In this document: piece by piece, positions 12,573-26,177 of the stretch | Layout of the letters: each line of letters starts with the position of its first letter | How positions within the stretch are numbered: the first letter of the stretch is position 1 | Assembly (NCBI GenBank): GCA_950097015.1 | Contig: CATNEN010000001.1 | Coordinates: 17,980,001-18,044,000, forward strand | From: Macrostomum hystrix | Taxonomy: Eukaryota > Animalia > Platyhelminthes | Direction of reading: 5' to 3' | Length of the DNA: 64,000 bases | The notes under the pieces: model-generated | Told to the model about the DNA's origin: nothing | Databases searched by the model: none | What the model saw: only the letters and a program-made list of their open reading frames with translations | Position numbers and translations under genes: made by a program

Positions 12573-13369
12573 AGGCCGTTTGACAATCTGCTAGCAAGAC
12601 TAGCTGTCGCTAGTGTGTCTGTCTAAGTCTCTAAGTTCTTGGCCTTGGAAACGGAGGCAGAAGAAATTGCTCACGGAAAGCAAGTCAGCGTGTTTGTTCA
12701 GCAGCGAGACCCGGGCAAACAGCAAAAGCACAGCTTTCTAGCCCAGCTTCTATTTGGCTTTGGGAGAGACCTCTGATACACAATGCGGTTTCTAGATCCC
12801 TCTATACCAAGTAATGGGGACTTTCAGAATGAATTCAGGATCTGTCAATTATCCGAGAATTTAGAAAAAAAATTGGAACGAAAACAACTTCTATAGCTGC
12901 TGGTTTCTGTTTAATCTGGTTAAAGTGCAAACAATTCAATTACAATGATCCCGGCTTTGACTTTGATGTCACAAACTGGATGGAGCCTGCTGGAGAGAGC
13001 GCACGCGTGACAATATCATAGAATTCGGCTTTTAAAGACGTGGGTGTTCAGGGCGGAGCAGTGGGGTACAGCTGGCAAAGCTGAGAATTAGCTTTTTTCA
13101 GCACCTTGTTAACGGTGCGCTTGTGTGAGGCGTTTGCTTCGACGCTGCTACATGTAATTAGAGAATGAGAGAGATTCGGGGCAAAATGAGAGAGATGGGA
13201 ACAAGGCCGGATGCTGCACTGGACAGGGAAATAGAGGCGACTGATAGCAACGGTAGCAACTAAAACAGATACAGGGAGTGGGGAGAGAAAAAAAAGAGAT
13301 TTGGGGAAGCAGGCAGAAAGAACTGATGGGAAAGATCCATGGTGGGATATTTAGAGATGTAGAGACGGA

Positions 13370-16300
13370 GAGAGATAGGGGGAGAGGGAGATAATGAGAC
13401 AGTGAGAGAATGAGACAGTGAGAGAGGGAGAGAGGGAGACAGTGAGAGAGGGAGAGAGTGAGAGAGGGAGACAGGGAGAGAGGGAGACAGTGAGAGAGGG
13501 AGACAGTGAGAGAAGGAGACAGTGAGAGAGGGAGAGAAGGAGACAGTGAGAGAGGGAGACAGGGAGAGAGGGAGACAGTGAGAGAGGGAGACAGTGAGAG
13601 AAGGAGACAGTGAGAGAGGGAGAGAAGGAGACAGTGAGAGAGGGAGACAGTGAGAGAGGGAGACAGTGAGAGAGGGAGACAGTGAGAGAGGGAGAGAGGG
13701 AGACAGTGAGAGAGGGAGACAGTGAGAGAGGGAGACAGTGAGAGAGGGAGAGAGTGAGACAGTGAGAGAATGAGACAGTGAGAGAGTGAGACAGTGAGAC
13801 AGTGAGAGAGTGAGACAGTGAGAGAGTGAGACAGTGAGAGAGTGAGAGAGTGAGACAGTGAGAGAGTGAGACAGTGAGACAGTGAGAGAGTGAGACAGTG
13901 AGACAGTGAGACAGTGAGAGAGTGAGACAGTGAGAGAGTGAGACAGTGAGAGAGTGAGAGAGTGAGACAGTGAGAGAGTGAGACAGTGAGAGAGTGAGAG
14001 AGTGAGACAGTGAGAGAGTGAGAGAGTGAGACAGTGAGAGAGTGAGACAGTGAGACAGTGAGACAGTGAGACACTGAGAGAGTGAGACAGTGAGAGAGTG
14101 AGACAGTGAGAGAGTGAGAGAGTGAGACAGTGAGACAGTGAGAGAGTGAGACAGTGAGAGAGTGAGACAGTGAGACAGTGAGACAGTGAGACAGTGAGAC
14201 AGTGAGAGAGTGAGACAGTGAGAGAGTGAGACAGTGAGAGAATGAGAGAGTGAGACAGTGAGAGAGTGAGACAGTGAGAGAGTGAGACAGTGAGAGAGTG
14301 AGACAGTGAGAGAGTGAGACAGTGAGAGAGTGAGACAGTGAGAGAGTGAGAGAGTGAGACAGTGAGAGAGTGAGACAGTGAGAGAGTGAGACAGTGAGAC
14401 AGTGAGACAGTGAGAGAGTGAGACAGTGAGAGAGTGAGAGAGTGAGACAGTGAGAGAGTGAGACAGTGAGACAGTGAGAGAGTGAGACAGTGAGAGAGTG
14501 AGACAGTGAGAGAGTGAGAGAGTGAGACAGTGAGACAGTGAGAGAGTGAGAGAGTGAGAGAGTGAGAGAGTGAGACACTGAGAGAGTGAGACAGCGAGAG
14601 AGTGAGAGAGTGAGACAGTGAGAGAGTGAGACAGTGAGAGAGTGAGAGAGTGAGACAGTGAGAGAGTGAGACAGTGAGAGAGTGAGAGAGTGAGACAGTG
14701 AGAGAGTGAGAGAGTGAGACAGTGAGAGAGTGAGACAGTGAGAGAGTGAGACAGTGAGAGAGTGAGAGAGTGAGACAGTGAGACAGTGAGACAGTGAGAC
14801 AGTGAGACAGTGAGAGAGTGAGACAGTGAGAGAGTGAGACAGTGAGAGAATGAGAGAGTGAGACAGTGAGAGAGTGAGACAGTGAGAGAGTGAGACAGTG
14901 AGAGAGTGAGAGAGTGAGACAGTGAGAGAGTGAGACAGTGAGACAGTGAGACAGTGAGACAGTGAGACAGTGAGAGAGTGAGACAGTGAGAGAGTGAGAG
15001 AGTGAGACAGTGAGAGAGTGAGACAGTGAGACAGTGAGAGAGTGAGACAGTGAGAGAGTGAGACAGTGAGAGAGTGAGAGAGTGAGACAGTGAGACAGTG
15101 AGAGAGTGAGAGAGTGAGAGAGTGAGAGAGTGAGACACTGAGAGAGTGAGACAGCGAGAGAGTGAGAGAGTGAGACAGTGAGAGAGTGAGACAGTGAGAG
15201 AGTGAGACAGTGAGAGAGTGAGACAGTGAGAGAGTGAGAGAGTGAGACAGTGAGAGAGTGAGAGAGTGAGACAGTGAGAGAGTGAGACAGTGAGACAGTG
15301 AGACAGTGAGACAGCGAGAGAGTGAGAGAGTGAGACAGTGAGAGAGTGAGACAGTGAGAGAGTGAGAGAGTGAGACAGTGAGAGAGTGAGACAGTGAGAC
15401 AGTGAGACAGTGAGAGAGTGAGACAGTGAGAGAGTGAGACAGTGAGAGAGTGAGCGAGTGAGACAGTGAGAGAGTGAGACAGTGAGACAGTGAGAGAGTG
15501 AGACAGTGAGAGAGTGAGACAGTGAGACAGTGAGAGAGTGAGACAGTGAGACAGTGAGAGAGTGAGACAGTGAGAGAGTGAGACAGTGAGAGAATGAGAG
15601 AGTGAGACAGTGAGAGAGTGAGACAGTGAGAGAGTGAGACAGTGAGAGAGTGAGAGAGTGAGACAGTGAGAGAGTGAGACAGTGAGAGAGTGAGACAGTG
15701 AGAGAGTGAGACAGTGAGACAGTGAGAGAGTGAGACAGTGAGAGAGTGAGACAGTGAGAGAGTGAGAGAGTGAGACAGTGAGACAGTGAGACAGTGAGAG
15801 AGTGAGACAGTGAGAGAGTGAGACAGTGAGACAGTGAGAGAGTGAGACAGTGAGAGAGTGAGAGAGTGAGACAGTGAGACAGTGAGACAGTGAGAGAGTG
15901 AGAGAGTGAGACAGTGAGAGAGTGAGACAGTGAGAGAGTGAGAGAGTGAGAGAGTGAGACAGTGAGAGAGTGAGACAGTGAGAGAGTGAGAGAGTGAGAC
16001 AGTGAGAGAGTGAGACAGTGAGACAGTGAGAGAGTGAGACAGTGAGAGAGTGAGACAGTGAGACAGTGAGAGAGTGAGACAGTGAGACAGTGAGAGAGTG
16101 AGACAGTGAGAGAGTGAGACAGTGAGAGAATGAGAGAGTGAGACAGTGAGACAGTGAGAGTGAGACAGTGAGACAGTGAGACAGTGAGACAGTGAGACAG
16201 TGAGACAGTGAGAGTGAGACAGTGAGACAGTGAGAGAGTGAGAGTGAGACAGTGAGAGAGTGAGACAGTGAGACAGTGAGAGTGAGACAGTGAGACAGTG

Positions 16301-16405
16301 AGACAGTGAGACAGTGAGACAGTGAGACAGTGAGAGAGTGAGAGAGTGAGACAGTGAGACAGTGAGTCAGAGAGAGTGAGACAGTGAGACAGAGAGAGTG
16401 AGAGA
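13370..16405. repeat. ~3-kb 8-bp satellite of interspersed AGTGAGAC/AGTGAGAG units (AGGGAGAC variants at the left end)
   Basis: Directly visible; explains ORFs 13148..14578 and 13351..15138. Confidence 0.97.
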
Positions 16406-17159
16406 GCTAGCAGCAGTTGGTGCAGTGTCTGATCTCGCCAATTTCGGCAGGCATGATGAAGATATGAGTCAGTGCCGTACAGTACACAGTGCTATAGCTT
16501 TAGAGTTCATGCATGGAGGAATGACAATGAAGATACAGCGCACACACACAGAAGGGGGACAATTGAACGCACCGGACTTTAATCTGGTTCAGCTTTCCAA
16601 CTGAAAAGTGAGGAGGAAATGCGAGCGTCAGGTTTTATCGTTCTCAATCATTCTCTATGTGTGTTCGTGCTAGTGTCCTCTCCTATCAAACACTTGAACT
16701 GCGTGGCTGTAGCCACAGCATCTAAACAGTTTCTCATGAAATCTGATCCATCTGTTATACATTATAAAATGTGGCCCCTGTCGCCACTGCTTGGGGTGCA
16801 TCTGAGTTCACGCACGCATTCGACAAGAGAGACAGATAGAAAACGATAGTTGCAGCTGTGACTGCCTTCTCTATAGGGTGTGTCTACCCCGCTCAATGGC
16901 TGCTGTGCAGTTCTGCAGTTCATTTTTATAGCTTAATTACGGTCTTTTGGTCCGAGATTTCGTCTCATTGTTGCTCTATCATTCTCTGATCTGTTTTATT
17001 TTCCCGACATTCTCACTGTCATTCTCTTCCCAAAGCAAGCACTCCATTTCTCCTTCTCCCATTATACCCCTACACTTCTTTTATTCTCCCCCTACGGCCT
17101 TTCTCCCCTCGCATACCTTTCTCCACCGCCATTTCACCCCCCCTGCTTTTTATCCCTCT

Positions 17160-17862
17160 CTCTATCCCCCTCATTCTCCCGTCTTTCTCCCCCTCATTCT
17201 CCCTTCTTTCTCCCCCTCATTCTCCCGTCTTTCTCCCCCTCATTCTCCCTTCTTTCTCCCCCTCATTCTCCCGTCTTTCTCCCCCTCATTCTCCCGTCTT
17301 TCTCCCCCCTCATTCTCCCGTCTTTCTCCCCCTTATTCTCCCGTCTTTCTCCCCCCTCATTCTCCCGTCTTTCTCCCCCCTCATTCTCCCGTCTTTGTCC
17401 CCCTTATTCTCCCGTCTTTCTCCCCCTCATTCTCCCGTCTTTCTCCCCCTCATTCTCCCGTCTTTCTCCCCCTCATTCTCCCGTCTTTCTCCCCCTCATT
17501 CTCCCCTCATTCTCCCGTCTTTCTCCCCCTCATTCTCCGTCTTTCTCCCCCTCATTCTCCCGTCTTTCTCCCCCCTTTTTCTCCCGTCTTTCTCCCCCTT
17601 ATTCTCCCGTCTTTCTCCCCCCCTCATTCTCCCATCTTTCTCCCCCCTCATTCTCCCGTCTTTGTCCCCCTTATTCTCCCGTCTTTCTCCCCCTCATTCT
17701 CCCGTCTTTCTCCCCCTCATTCTCCCGTCTTTCTCCCCCTCATTCTCCCGTCTTTCTCCCCCTCATTCTCCCCTCATTCTCCCGTCTTTCTCCCCCTCAT
17801 TCTCCGTCTTTCTCCCCCTCATTCTCCCGTCTTTCTCCCCCTCATTCTCCCGTGTCTTCCCC
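17160..17862. repeat. ~24-bp pyrimidine-rich minisatellite (TCTCCCCCTCATTCTCCCGTCTTT)
   Basis: Directly visible. Confidence 0.95.
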
Positions 17863-18253
17863 CTTCTCTTTCACACTAATATCCTAATTCCCCGTTGCAT
17901 TGGCTAAAACGCCATACAAAAAGTGCAAACATTTCAAGGGCCAGCAACTGACCCAGGCTGCACTTTTATTTCAAAGCAGACTCATTAGCATGCGTATTGT
18001 GTGGTAGAAATTTTGAATTGAAAAAAAATGCAAAAACAGAAAAAGGCACTTCAGGAACGAAGCAAAAATGTTGGATTAATTTGCATTTGTCGGGTCTGCT
18101 GCTTGCATTCTTTTGAAAATCTTGACCAGCCTAATTAAACTAGGTTAGACTTGACGATTGAGACTAGCCGAGTTGCATAATCAGAGAAAATCACAAAACC
18201 GTGACGACAGGTCGCACAACTTGCCGGCTAAAATTCTGGTCCAGGGTCCTAAC

Positions 18254-21200
18254 TAGTTAGACTACAGCCTCACCGGTTAGCCTACAGCCTCACCGGTTAG
18301 CCTACAGCCTCACCGGTTAGACTACAGCCTCACCGTTAGATTACAAACTCACCGGTTAGAGTACAGCCTCATCGGTTGGACTACAACCTCACCGGTTAGA
18401 CTACAGCCCCACCGGTTAGACTACAACCTTACCGGTTAGACTACAGCCTCACCGTTAGATTACAACCTCACCGGTTAGACTACAGCCCCACCGGTTAGAC
18501 TACAACCTTACCGGTTAGACTACAGCCTCACCGTTAGATTACAACCTCACTGGTTAGATTACAACCTCACTGGTTAGATTACAACCTCACTGGTTAGATT
18601 ACAACCTCACTGGTTAGATTACAACCTCACTGGTTAGATTACAACCTCACTGGTTAGATTACAACCTCACTGGTTAGATTACAACCTCACTGGTTAGATT
18701 ACAACCTCACTGGTTAGATTACAACCTCACTGGTTGGACTACAGCCTCACCGGTTAGACTACAACCTTCACCGGTTAGACTACAAACTCACCGGTTAGAC
18801 TACAACCTTCACCGGTTAGACTACAAACTCACCGGTTAGAGTACAGCCTCATCGGTTGGACTACAACCTCACCGGTTAGACTACAGCCTCACCGGTTAGA
18901 CTACAACCTTAACGGTTAGACTACAACCTTCACAGGTTAGACTACAAACTCACCGGTTAGAGTACAGCCTCACCGGTTAGACTACAGCCTCACCGTTAGA
19001 TTACAGCCTCACCGTTAGATTACAACCTCACTGGTTAGATTACAACCTCACTGGTTAGAGTACAGCCTCACCGGTTAGACTACAACCTTACCGGTTAGAC
19101 TACAGCCTCACCGTTAGATTACAACCTCACTGGTTAGATTACAACCTCACTGGTTAGATTACAACCTCACTGGTTAGATTACAACCTCACTGGTTAGATT
19201 ACAACCTCACTGGTTAGATTACAGCCTCACCGTTAGATTACAACCTCACTGGTTAGATTACAACCTCACTGGTTAGATTACAACCTCACTGGTTAGATTA
19301 CAACCTCACTGGTTAGATTACAACCTCACTGGTTAGATTACAACCTCACTGGTTAGATTACAACCTCACTGGTTAGATTACAACCTCACTGGTTAGATTA
19401 CAACCTCACCGGTTAGACTACAGCCTCACCGTTAGATTACAGCCTCACCGTTAGATTACAACCTCACTGGTTAGATTACAACCTCACTGGTTAGATTACA
19501 ACCTCACTGGTTAGATTACAACCTCACTGGTTAGATTACAACCTCACTGGTTAGATTACAACCTCACTGGTTAGATTACAACCTCACTGGTTAGATTACA
19601 ACCTCACTGGTTAGATTACAACCTCACTGGTTAGATTACAACCTCACTGGTTAGATTACAACCTCACTGGTTGGACTACAGCCTCACCGGTTAGACTACA
19701 ACCTTCACCGGTTAGACTACAAACTCACCGGTTAGACTACAACCTTCACCGGTTAGACTACAAACTCACCGGTTAGAGTACAGCCTCATCGGTTGGACTA
19801 CAACCTCACCGGTTAGACTACAGCCTCACCGGTTAGACTACAACCTTAACGGTTAGACTACAACCTTCACAGGTTAGACTACAAACTCACCGGTTAGAGT
19901 ACAGCCTCACCGGTTAGACTACAGCCTCACCGTTAGATTACAGCCTCACCGTTAGATTACAACCTCACTGGTTAGATTACAACCTCACTGGTTAGAGTAC
20001 AGCCTCACCGGTTAGACTACAACCTTACCGGTTAGACTACAGCCTCACCGTTAGATTACAACCTCACTGGTTAGATTACAACCTCACTGGTTAGATTACA
20101 ACCTCACTGGTTAGATTACAACCTCACTGGTTAGATTACAACCTCACTGGTTAGATTACAGCCTCACCGTTAGATTACAACCTCACTGGTTAGATTACAA
20201 CCTCACTGGTTAGATTACAACCTCACTGGTTAGATTACAACCTCACTGGTTAGATTACAACCTCACTGGTTAGATTACAACCTCACTGGTTAGATTACAA
20301 CCTCACTGGTTAGATTACAACCTCACTGGTTAGATTACAACCTCACTGGTTAGATTACAACCTCACTGGTTAGATTACAACCTCACTGGTTAGATTACAA
20401 CCTCACTGGTTGGACTACAGCCTCACCGGTTAGACTACAACCTTCACCGGTTAGACTACAAACTCACCGGTTAGAGTACAGCCTCATCGGTTGGACTACA
20501 ACCTCACCGGTTAGACTACAGCCTCACCGGTTAGACTACAACCTTAACGGTTAGACTACAACCTTCACAGGTTAGACTACAAACTCACCGGTTAGAGTAC
20601 AGCCTCACCGGTTAGACTACAGCCTCACCGTTAGATTACAGCCTCACCGTTAGATTACAACCTCACTGGTTAGATTACAACCTCACTGGTTAGATTACAA
20701 CCTCACTGGTTAGATTACAACCTCACTGGTTAGATTACAACCTCACTGGTTAGATTACAACCTCACTGGTTAGATTACAACCTCACTGGTTAGATTACAG
20801 CCTCACCGTTAGATTACAACCTCACTGGTTAGATTACAACCTCACTGGTTAGATTACAACCTCACTGGTTAGATTACAACCTTACTGGTTAGATTACAAC
20901 CTCACTGGTTAGATTACAACCTCACTGGTTAGATTACAACCTCACTGGTTAGATTACAGCCTCACCGTTAGATTACAACCTCACTGGTTAGATTACAACC
21001 TCACTGGTTTAGATTACAACCTCACTGGTTAGATTACAACCTCACTGGTTAGATTACAACCTCACTGGTTAGATTACAACCTCACTGGTTAGATTACAAC
21101 CTCACTGGTTAGATTACAACCTCACTGGTTAGATTACAACCTCACTGGTTAGATTACAACCTCACTGGTTAGATTACAGCCTCACCGTTAGATTACAACC

Positions 21201-23118
21201 TCACTGGTTAGATTACAACCTCACTGGTTAGATTACAACCTCACTGGTTAGATTACAACCTCACTGGTTAGATTACAACCTCACTGGTTAGATTACAACC
21301 TCACTGGTTAGATTACAACCTCACTGGTTAGATTACAGCCTCACCGTTAGATTACAACCTCACTGGTTAGATTACAACCTCACTGGTTAGATTACAACCT
21401 CACTGGTTAGATTACAACCTCACTGGTTAGATTACAACCTCACTGGTTAGATTACAGCCTCACCGTTAGATTACAACCTCACTGGTTAGATTACAACCTC
21501 ACTGGTTAGATTACAACCTCACTGGTTAGATTACAACCTCACTGGTTAGATTACAACCTCACTGGTTAGATTACAACCTCACTGGTTAGATTACAACCTC
21601 ACTGGTTAGATTACAACCTCACTGGTTAGATTACAACCTCACTGGTTAGATTACAACCTCACTGGTTAGATTACAGCCTCACCGTTAGATTACAACCTCA
21701 CTGGTTAGATTACAACCTCACTGGTTAGATTACAACCTCACTGGTTAGATTACAACCTCACTGGTTAGATTACAACCTCACTGGTTAGATTACAACCTCA
21801 CCGGTTAGACTACAGCCTCACCGTTAGATTACAGCCTCACCGTTAGATTACAACCTCACTGGTTAGATTACAACCTCACTGGTTAGATTACAACCTCACT
21901 GGTTAGATTACAACCTCACTGGTTAGATTACAACCTCACTGGTTAGATTACAACCTCACTGGTTAGATTACAACCTCACTGGTTAGATTACAGCCTCACC
22001 GTTAGATTACAACCTCACTGGTTAGATTACAACCTCACTGGTTAGATTACAACCTCACTGGTTAGATTACAACCTCACTGGTTAGATTACAACCTCACTG
22101 GTTGGACTACAGCCTCACCGGTTAGAGTACAGCCTCACCGGTTAGACTACAACCTCACCGGTTAGACTACAGCCTCACCGGTTAGACTACAGCCTCACCG
22201 GTTAGACTACAGCCTCACTGGTTAGACTACAACCTCACTGGTTAGATTACAACCTCACTGGTTAGATTACAACCTCACTGGTTGGACTACAGCCTCACCG
22301 GTTAGACTACAGCCTCATCGTTAGATTACAACCTCACTGGTTAGATTACAACCTCACTGGTTGGACTACAGCCTCACCGGTTAGACTACAAACTCACCGG
22401 TTAGAGTACAGCCTCACCGGTTAGACTACAACCTCACCGGTTAGACTACAGCCTCACCGGTTAGACTACAGCCTCACCGGTTAGACTACAGCCTCACTGG
22501 TTAGACTACAACCTCACTGGTTAGATTACAACCTCACTGGTTAGATTACAACCTCACTGGTTGGACTACAGCCTCACCGGTTAGACTACAGCCTCATCGT
22601 TAGATTACAACCTCACTGGTTAGATTACAACCTCACTGGTTAGATTACAACCTCACTGGTTAGATTACAACCTCACTGGTTAGATTACAACCTCACTGGT
22701 TGGACTACAGCCTCACCGGTTAGACTACAACCTCACCGGTTAGACTACAGCCTCACCGGTTAGACTACAACCTTACCGGTTAGACTACAACCTCACAGGT
22801 TAGACTACAACCTCACCGGTTAGACTACGGCCTCCCCAGCTAGACTAGGGTCTCACCGGTTAGAGTACAACCTCACCAGCTAGACTAGGGCCTCACCAGC
22901 TAGACTAGGACCTCACCAGCTAGACTAGGACCTCACCAGCTAGACTAGGGCCTCACCAGCTAGACTAGGGCCTCACCAGCTAGACTAGGACCTCACCAGC
23001 TAGACTAGGACCTCACCAGCTAGACTAGGGCCTCACCAGCTAGACTAGGACCTCACCAGCTAGACTAGGACCTCACCAGCTAGACTAGGGCCTCACCAGC
23101 TAGACTAGGGCCTCACCA
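18254..23118. repeat. ~4.9-kb 20-bp satellite (GGTTAGATTACAACCTCACT / GGTTAGACTACAGCCTCACC) with higher-order blocks; ends in CTAGACTAGGGCCTCACCAG variants
   Basis: Directly visible. Confidence 0.98.
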
Positions 23119-23624
23119 GTGAAGCAACAACCTGGTCTGTTAAACAATATTCTTACAAGTGCCTGTTAGATCAAGAAGTTAGCGTAAACGGCTAATTCTG
23201 TTAAGAAAATATTTGACTAAAAATGCAACAAATTGCCTAGTTCATTGTTTACTAACGAAAAAAATATTTTAGAAATGTCCGATGATTTACTGTGTACTGT
23301 ACTTTCAGTAGGTTGCTTGAAATAAAAACAATTTAATCTACAAAACAACAGTACATAAAGCTATTATATTTGTTTTTCGCGCGTCAAACTTTTTGTTCGT
23401 ATTTAACAACTATTTATAGTCCATTTAATAACTCAATAATAAAAGGTTTTTCATTTTAAGAAGACAACTGAATGTTAGACGAAGGTCAGCAGCCTACACA
23501 GTGCACAGTATTTTTTAAACAGCAAGTTAACAAAATGAAGACAAAATCTGTTAGCAAGTGAAAGAACTAAAAATAATTTTAAAAAATCTGTCTTAACAGA
23601 TTTAAATACTTTACTGAAATAGTT

Positions 23625-26177
23625 TTATTCTGATTCTTTCTTGCGGCAGCAGAAGAGCACAACTAACACAGGTAGCAGCACAGGTGACAGGGCTATGGCC
23701 AGAGCAGCCAGGACCGCAGCCAGAGGCAGTAGAACGGCAAGGCCGGCTGTGGGGCCCAGAATTAGTGCCAGAAGGCGGAGCACTGGAATGAAATATTGGT
23801 GCTGCAACCATAGAATGTAGCTAGCTTTGATCTTATCAAGTACGTCAGCAACCAGCAATGCCTATGCTTCATGGCCAGAAAACACTGGAGACAAAAGCGA
23901 GATGGCTCGACTTAAGTTAGATGAGACAGGGGAGAGATGAGACAGGGGAGAGACGCGACAGGGGAGAAATGGGAAAAGGGAGAGATGAGACAGGGGAGAG
24001 ATAAGACAGGGTAGAGATAAGACAGGGGAGAGATAAGACAGGGTAGAGATAAGACAGGGGAGAGATGAGACAGGGTAGAGATGAGACAGGGTAGAGATGA
24101 GACAGGGTAGAGATGAGACAGGGGAGAGACGCGACAGGGGAGAAATGGGAAAAGGGAGAGATGAGACAGGGGAGTGATGAGACAGGGGAGAGATAAGACA
24201 GGGTAGAGATAAGACAGGAGAGAGATGAGACAGGGTAGAGATGAGACAGGGTAGAGATGAGACAGGGTAGAGATAAGACAGGAGAGAGATGAGACACGGG
24301 AGAGATGAGACAGGGTAGAGATGAGACAGGGGAGAGACGCGACAGGGGAGAGATGGGAAAAGGGAGAGATGAGACAGGAGAGAGATAAGACAGGGGAGAG
24401 ATGAGACAGTGGGGAAATGCATGGAAGCAGCCCTTTGTTGGAAGGGCCTGCCATATAATAATAATAATTTTCAGGAGTGCTGCGGGCAATCGCACATCAT
24501 TTGGTGGCAGTAGATCCCTCAGCACATACGTACACAGATACTATACTCAGGCATATACTGACACAGTGCGCGCTTTCACTGCGCCTTGGAGGTTGGCCCT
24601 TAAGGGCGTAAATTGAACTTCTCTTCGCGGCTGCACCCCAAATAAATGTGGCCTCGCCGCGGAATCGAGCTCAGGGACCTTGGTGCGAGATGCAAACGCG
24701 TCAGCCGCTCTGCCGCTGACCCCCCTTGGGCCCGCCAGACCCAGGATTCAAAGAGGCCGCACGGCTTACCAAAAAGGCTGCCCCGAACTAGCCGCCTAAG
24801 AGCGGGTCGCTCTGGCAGAAACTTCTGCCTGCAGCCGAAGACGCTGAGCCTGTCGGAGTGCGAGCCGAAGACGCTCCAGCGCACGAAGGGCACCCGGAGC
24901 TGTCGGACCCGCCAGCGCTTGCTGCACAGGTAGCAGAACTCGTGCTGGCAGTGGCCGCATGTCATGTGGTTGCAGCCGTCGTTCTTCTCGATCATCGCCC
25001 GGCACTTCGGACACCGGCGCGCCTTCCTCAGGCCGGAGTTCTCCATCTGCTTGGCCCAGTCCTCCAGCAGGTGCACCCCGGACTGGAAGCGTCGGCATGA
25101 CAGTCCCGGGTGCGCCGGCGAGTGGCAGTCGAAGCACCACACGTAGTCGCACTGGGCGCACTTCACCGTGACGCCGCCGAGCTCCTTCTGGCTGCGGCCC
25201 GAGCGGAATCGCCGCTGGCCGCGGGGTCTCTGAGCCATGCAGCTGCAGCGGGGACAGTCCCTCTCGTGGCTGTTGGCGCCGCGTCGACATGCCAGCAGCT
25301 GCTCGCGACGTTCCATGTCCGACTCGCTCAGCAGGTGGTGCAGCTGAGACACCGTCAGGATGGCTGAGCAGCCCGGACAGCCCAGCTTCGCGTTCACCTC
25401 CGTCAGGTGGTCGCTCAGCCACCGGTGCAGGCAGGAGACGCACACGGAAGCCTGGCAGCAGCCGCCGCGCCACAGAAGGTCGTCGGACTCTCCGCAGCAG
25501 ATGTCACACTGACCCAGCGTGTACTGGCCGTCCGACGCCTGCAGGTTCCGCTGGTCCTGAGAATCTGCGGCTCGCTTCTGCAGCTCGTGCAGGGCGGCGC
25601 TGAACAGGGCGTGGAACTCTGTGCTCCCGGTGCAGCGCCGCAGCTGCTGGTGGCCCTCCGGCCAGGCAGTGAGCCTCTGCAGGATGTTGCCCGCTGAGCT
25701 GCACTGCAGCAGCTCGATAACCCGGACACTCAGATGTGCGGCATCCGGCCTCGATCGGCTGGCAACGCTGGCGATGCAGCGGATAATTTCGTAGAGAGTC
25801 GACCTCGGTACATCGTTCAGCATGGCGTCGCCCATCTCGTTGTGCAGCAGCCGCATCGTGAGCACCAGATTGACCTCCTGGGTCATCTCTTCAGGGTCAA
25901 CGTCCTGCTCGGGATCAGTGTCTGTCGAGTAGGATTCGTCGTCTGTGGACACGACTTGTTCGTCGGTGCGTGGCGGCCTGCTGATGATGCTGTGCGCCAA
26001 GTCCAACACTCGCTGCCTCTCCTCGGTGGAGAGCGCCTCCAGCTGCTCCGGACTGTCCAGCAGCTGCAGGACGGATGCGGCTACGGCCTCGTTTATCTCC
26101 GACGCCCAGTTGGACGACTGCATCGAGTGCAGAGACACGGCATCGGCTGAGACCCCCTGCTCAACGTCAGACTCCAT
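23625..26177 (-). CDS. RNF217: RBR (RING1-IBR-RING2) E3 ubiquitin ligase, RNF217-like, copy A, with C-terminal transmembrane tail
   Basis: Exon 1 26177-24770 (TTTG|GTAAGC); exon 2 23782-23625 (TTCCAG|, VLRLLALILGPTAG...CCRKKESE*). Motifs: CDICC...CVSC...CPGC; CPRC...CAQCDYVWCFDCHSPAHPGLSC; CPKCRAMIEKNDGCNHMTC. The post-RING2 HSDRLSVFGCRQKFLPERPALRRLVRGS resembles RNF217. Confidence 0.9.
23918..24415. repeat. 16-bp minisatellite (GAGATGAGACAGGGGA) in the RBR-A intron; same family as 4960-5576 and 7883-8640
   Basis: Directly visible. Confidence 0.93.
24455..24725 (-). mobile_element. tRNA-derived SINE family B (internally deleted copy) in the RBR-A intron
   Basis: On the - strand: GGGGGTCAGCGGCAGAGCGG (A-box), GAGCTCGATTCC (B-box), body shared with the 48896-49260 copy, (TTA)n tail. 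Confidence 0.85.

Noticed and set aside
2425-17907. Long ORFs at 2425, 2702, 4794-5773, 7842-8656, 10628-11315, 13148-15138 and 16947-17907
   Set aside because: They are stop-free translations of minisatellites, open in several frames or strands, with no domain signal.
8650-18250. A hidden spliced gene in the unique segments between the arrays
   Set aside because: I could not assemble any exon chain or recognisable protein motif; small exons or a lncRNA cannot be excluded without RNA data.
18254-23118. Interstitial telomere
   Set aside because: Only one GGTTAG per 20-bp unit; no tandem TTAGGG.
24600-24769. C-terminal extension of ORF 24600..26177 (and 28287-28351 of copy B)
   Set aside because: Read-through into the intron/SINE; both paralogs have a donor at the same codon and a downstream TM exon.
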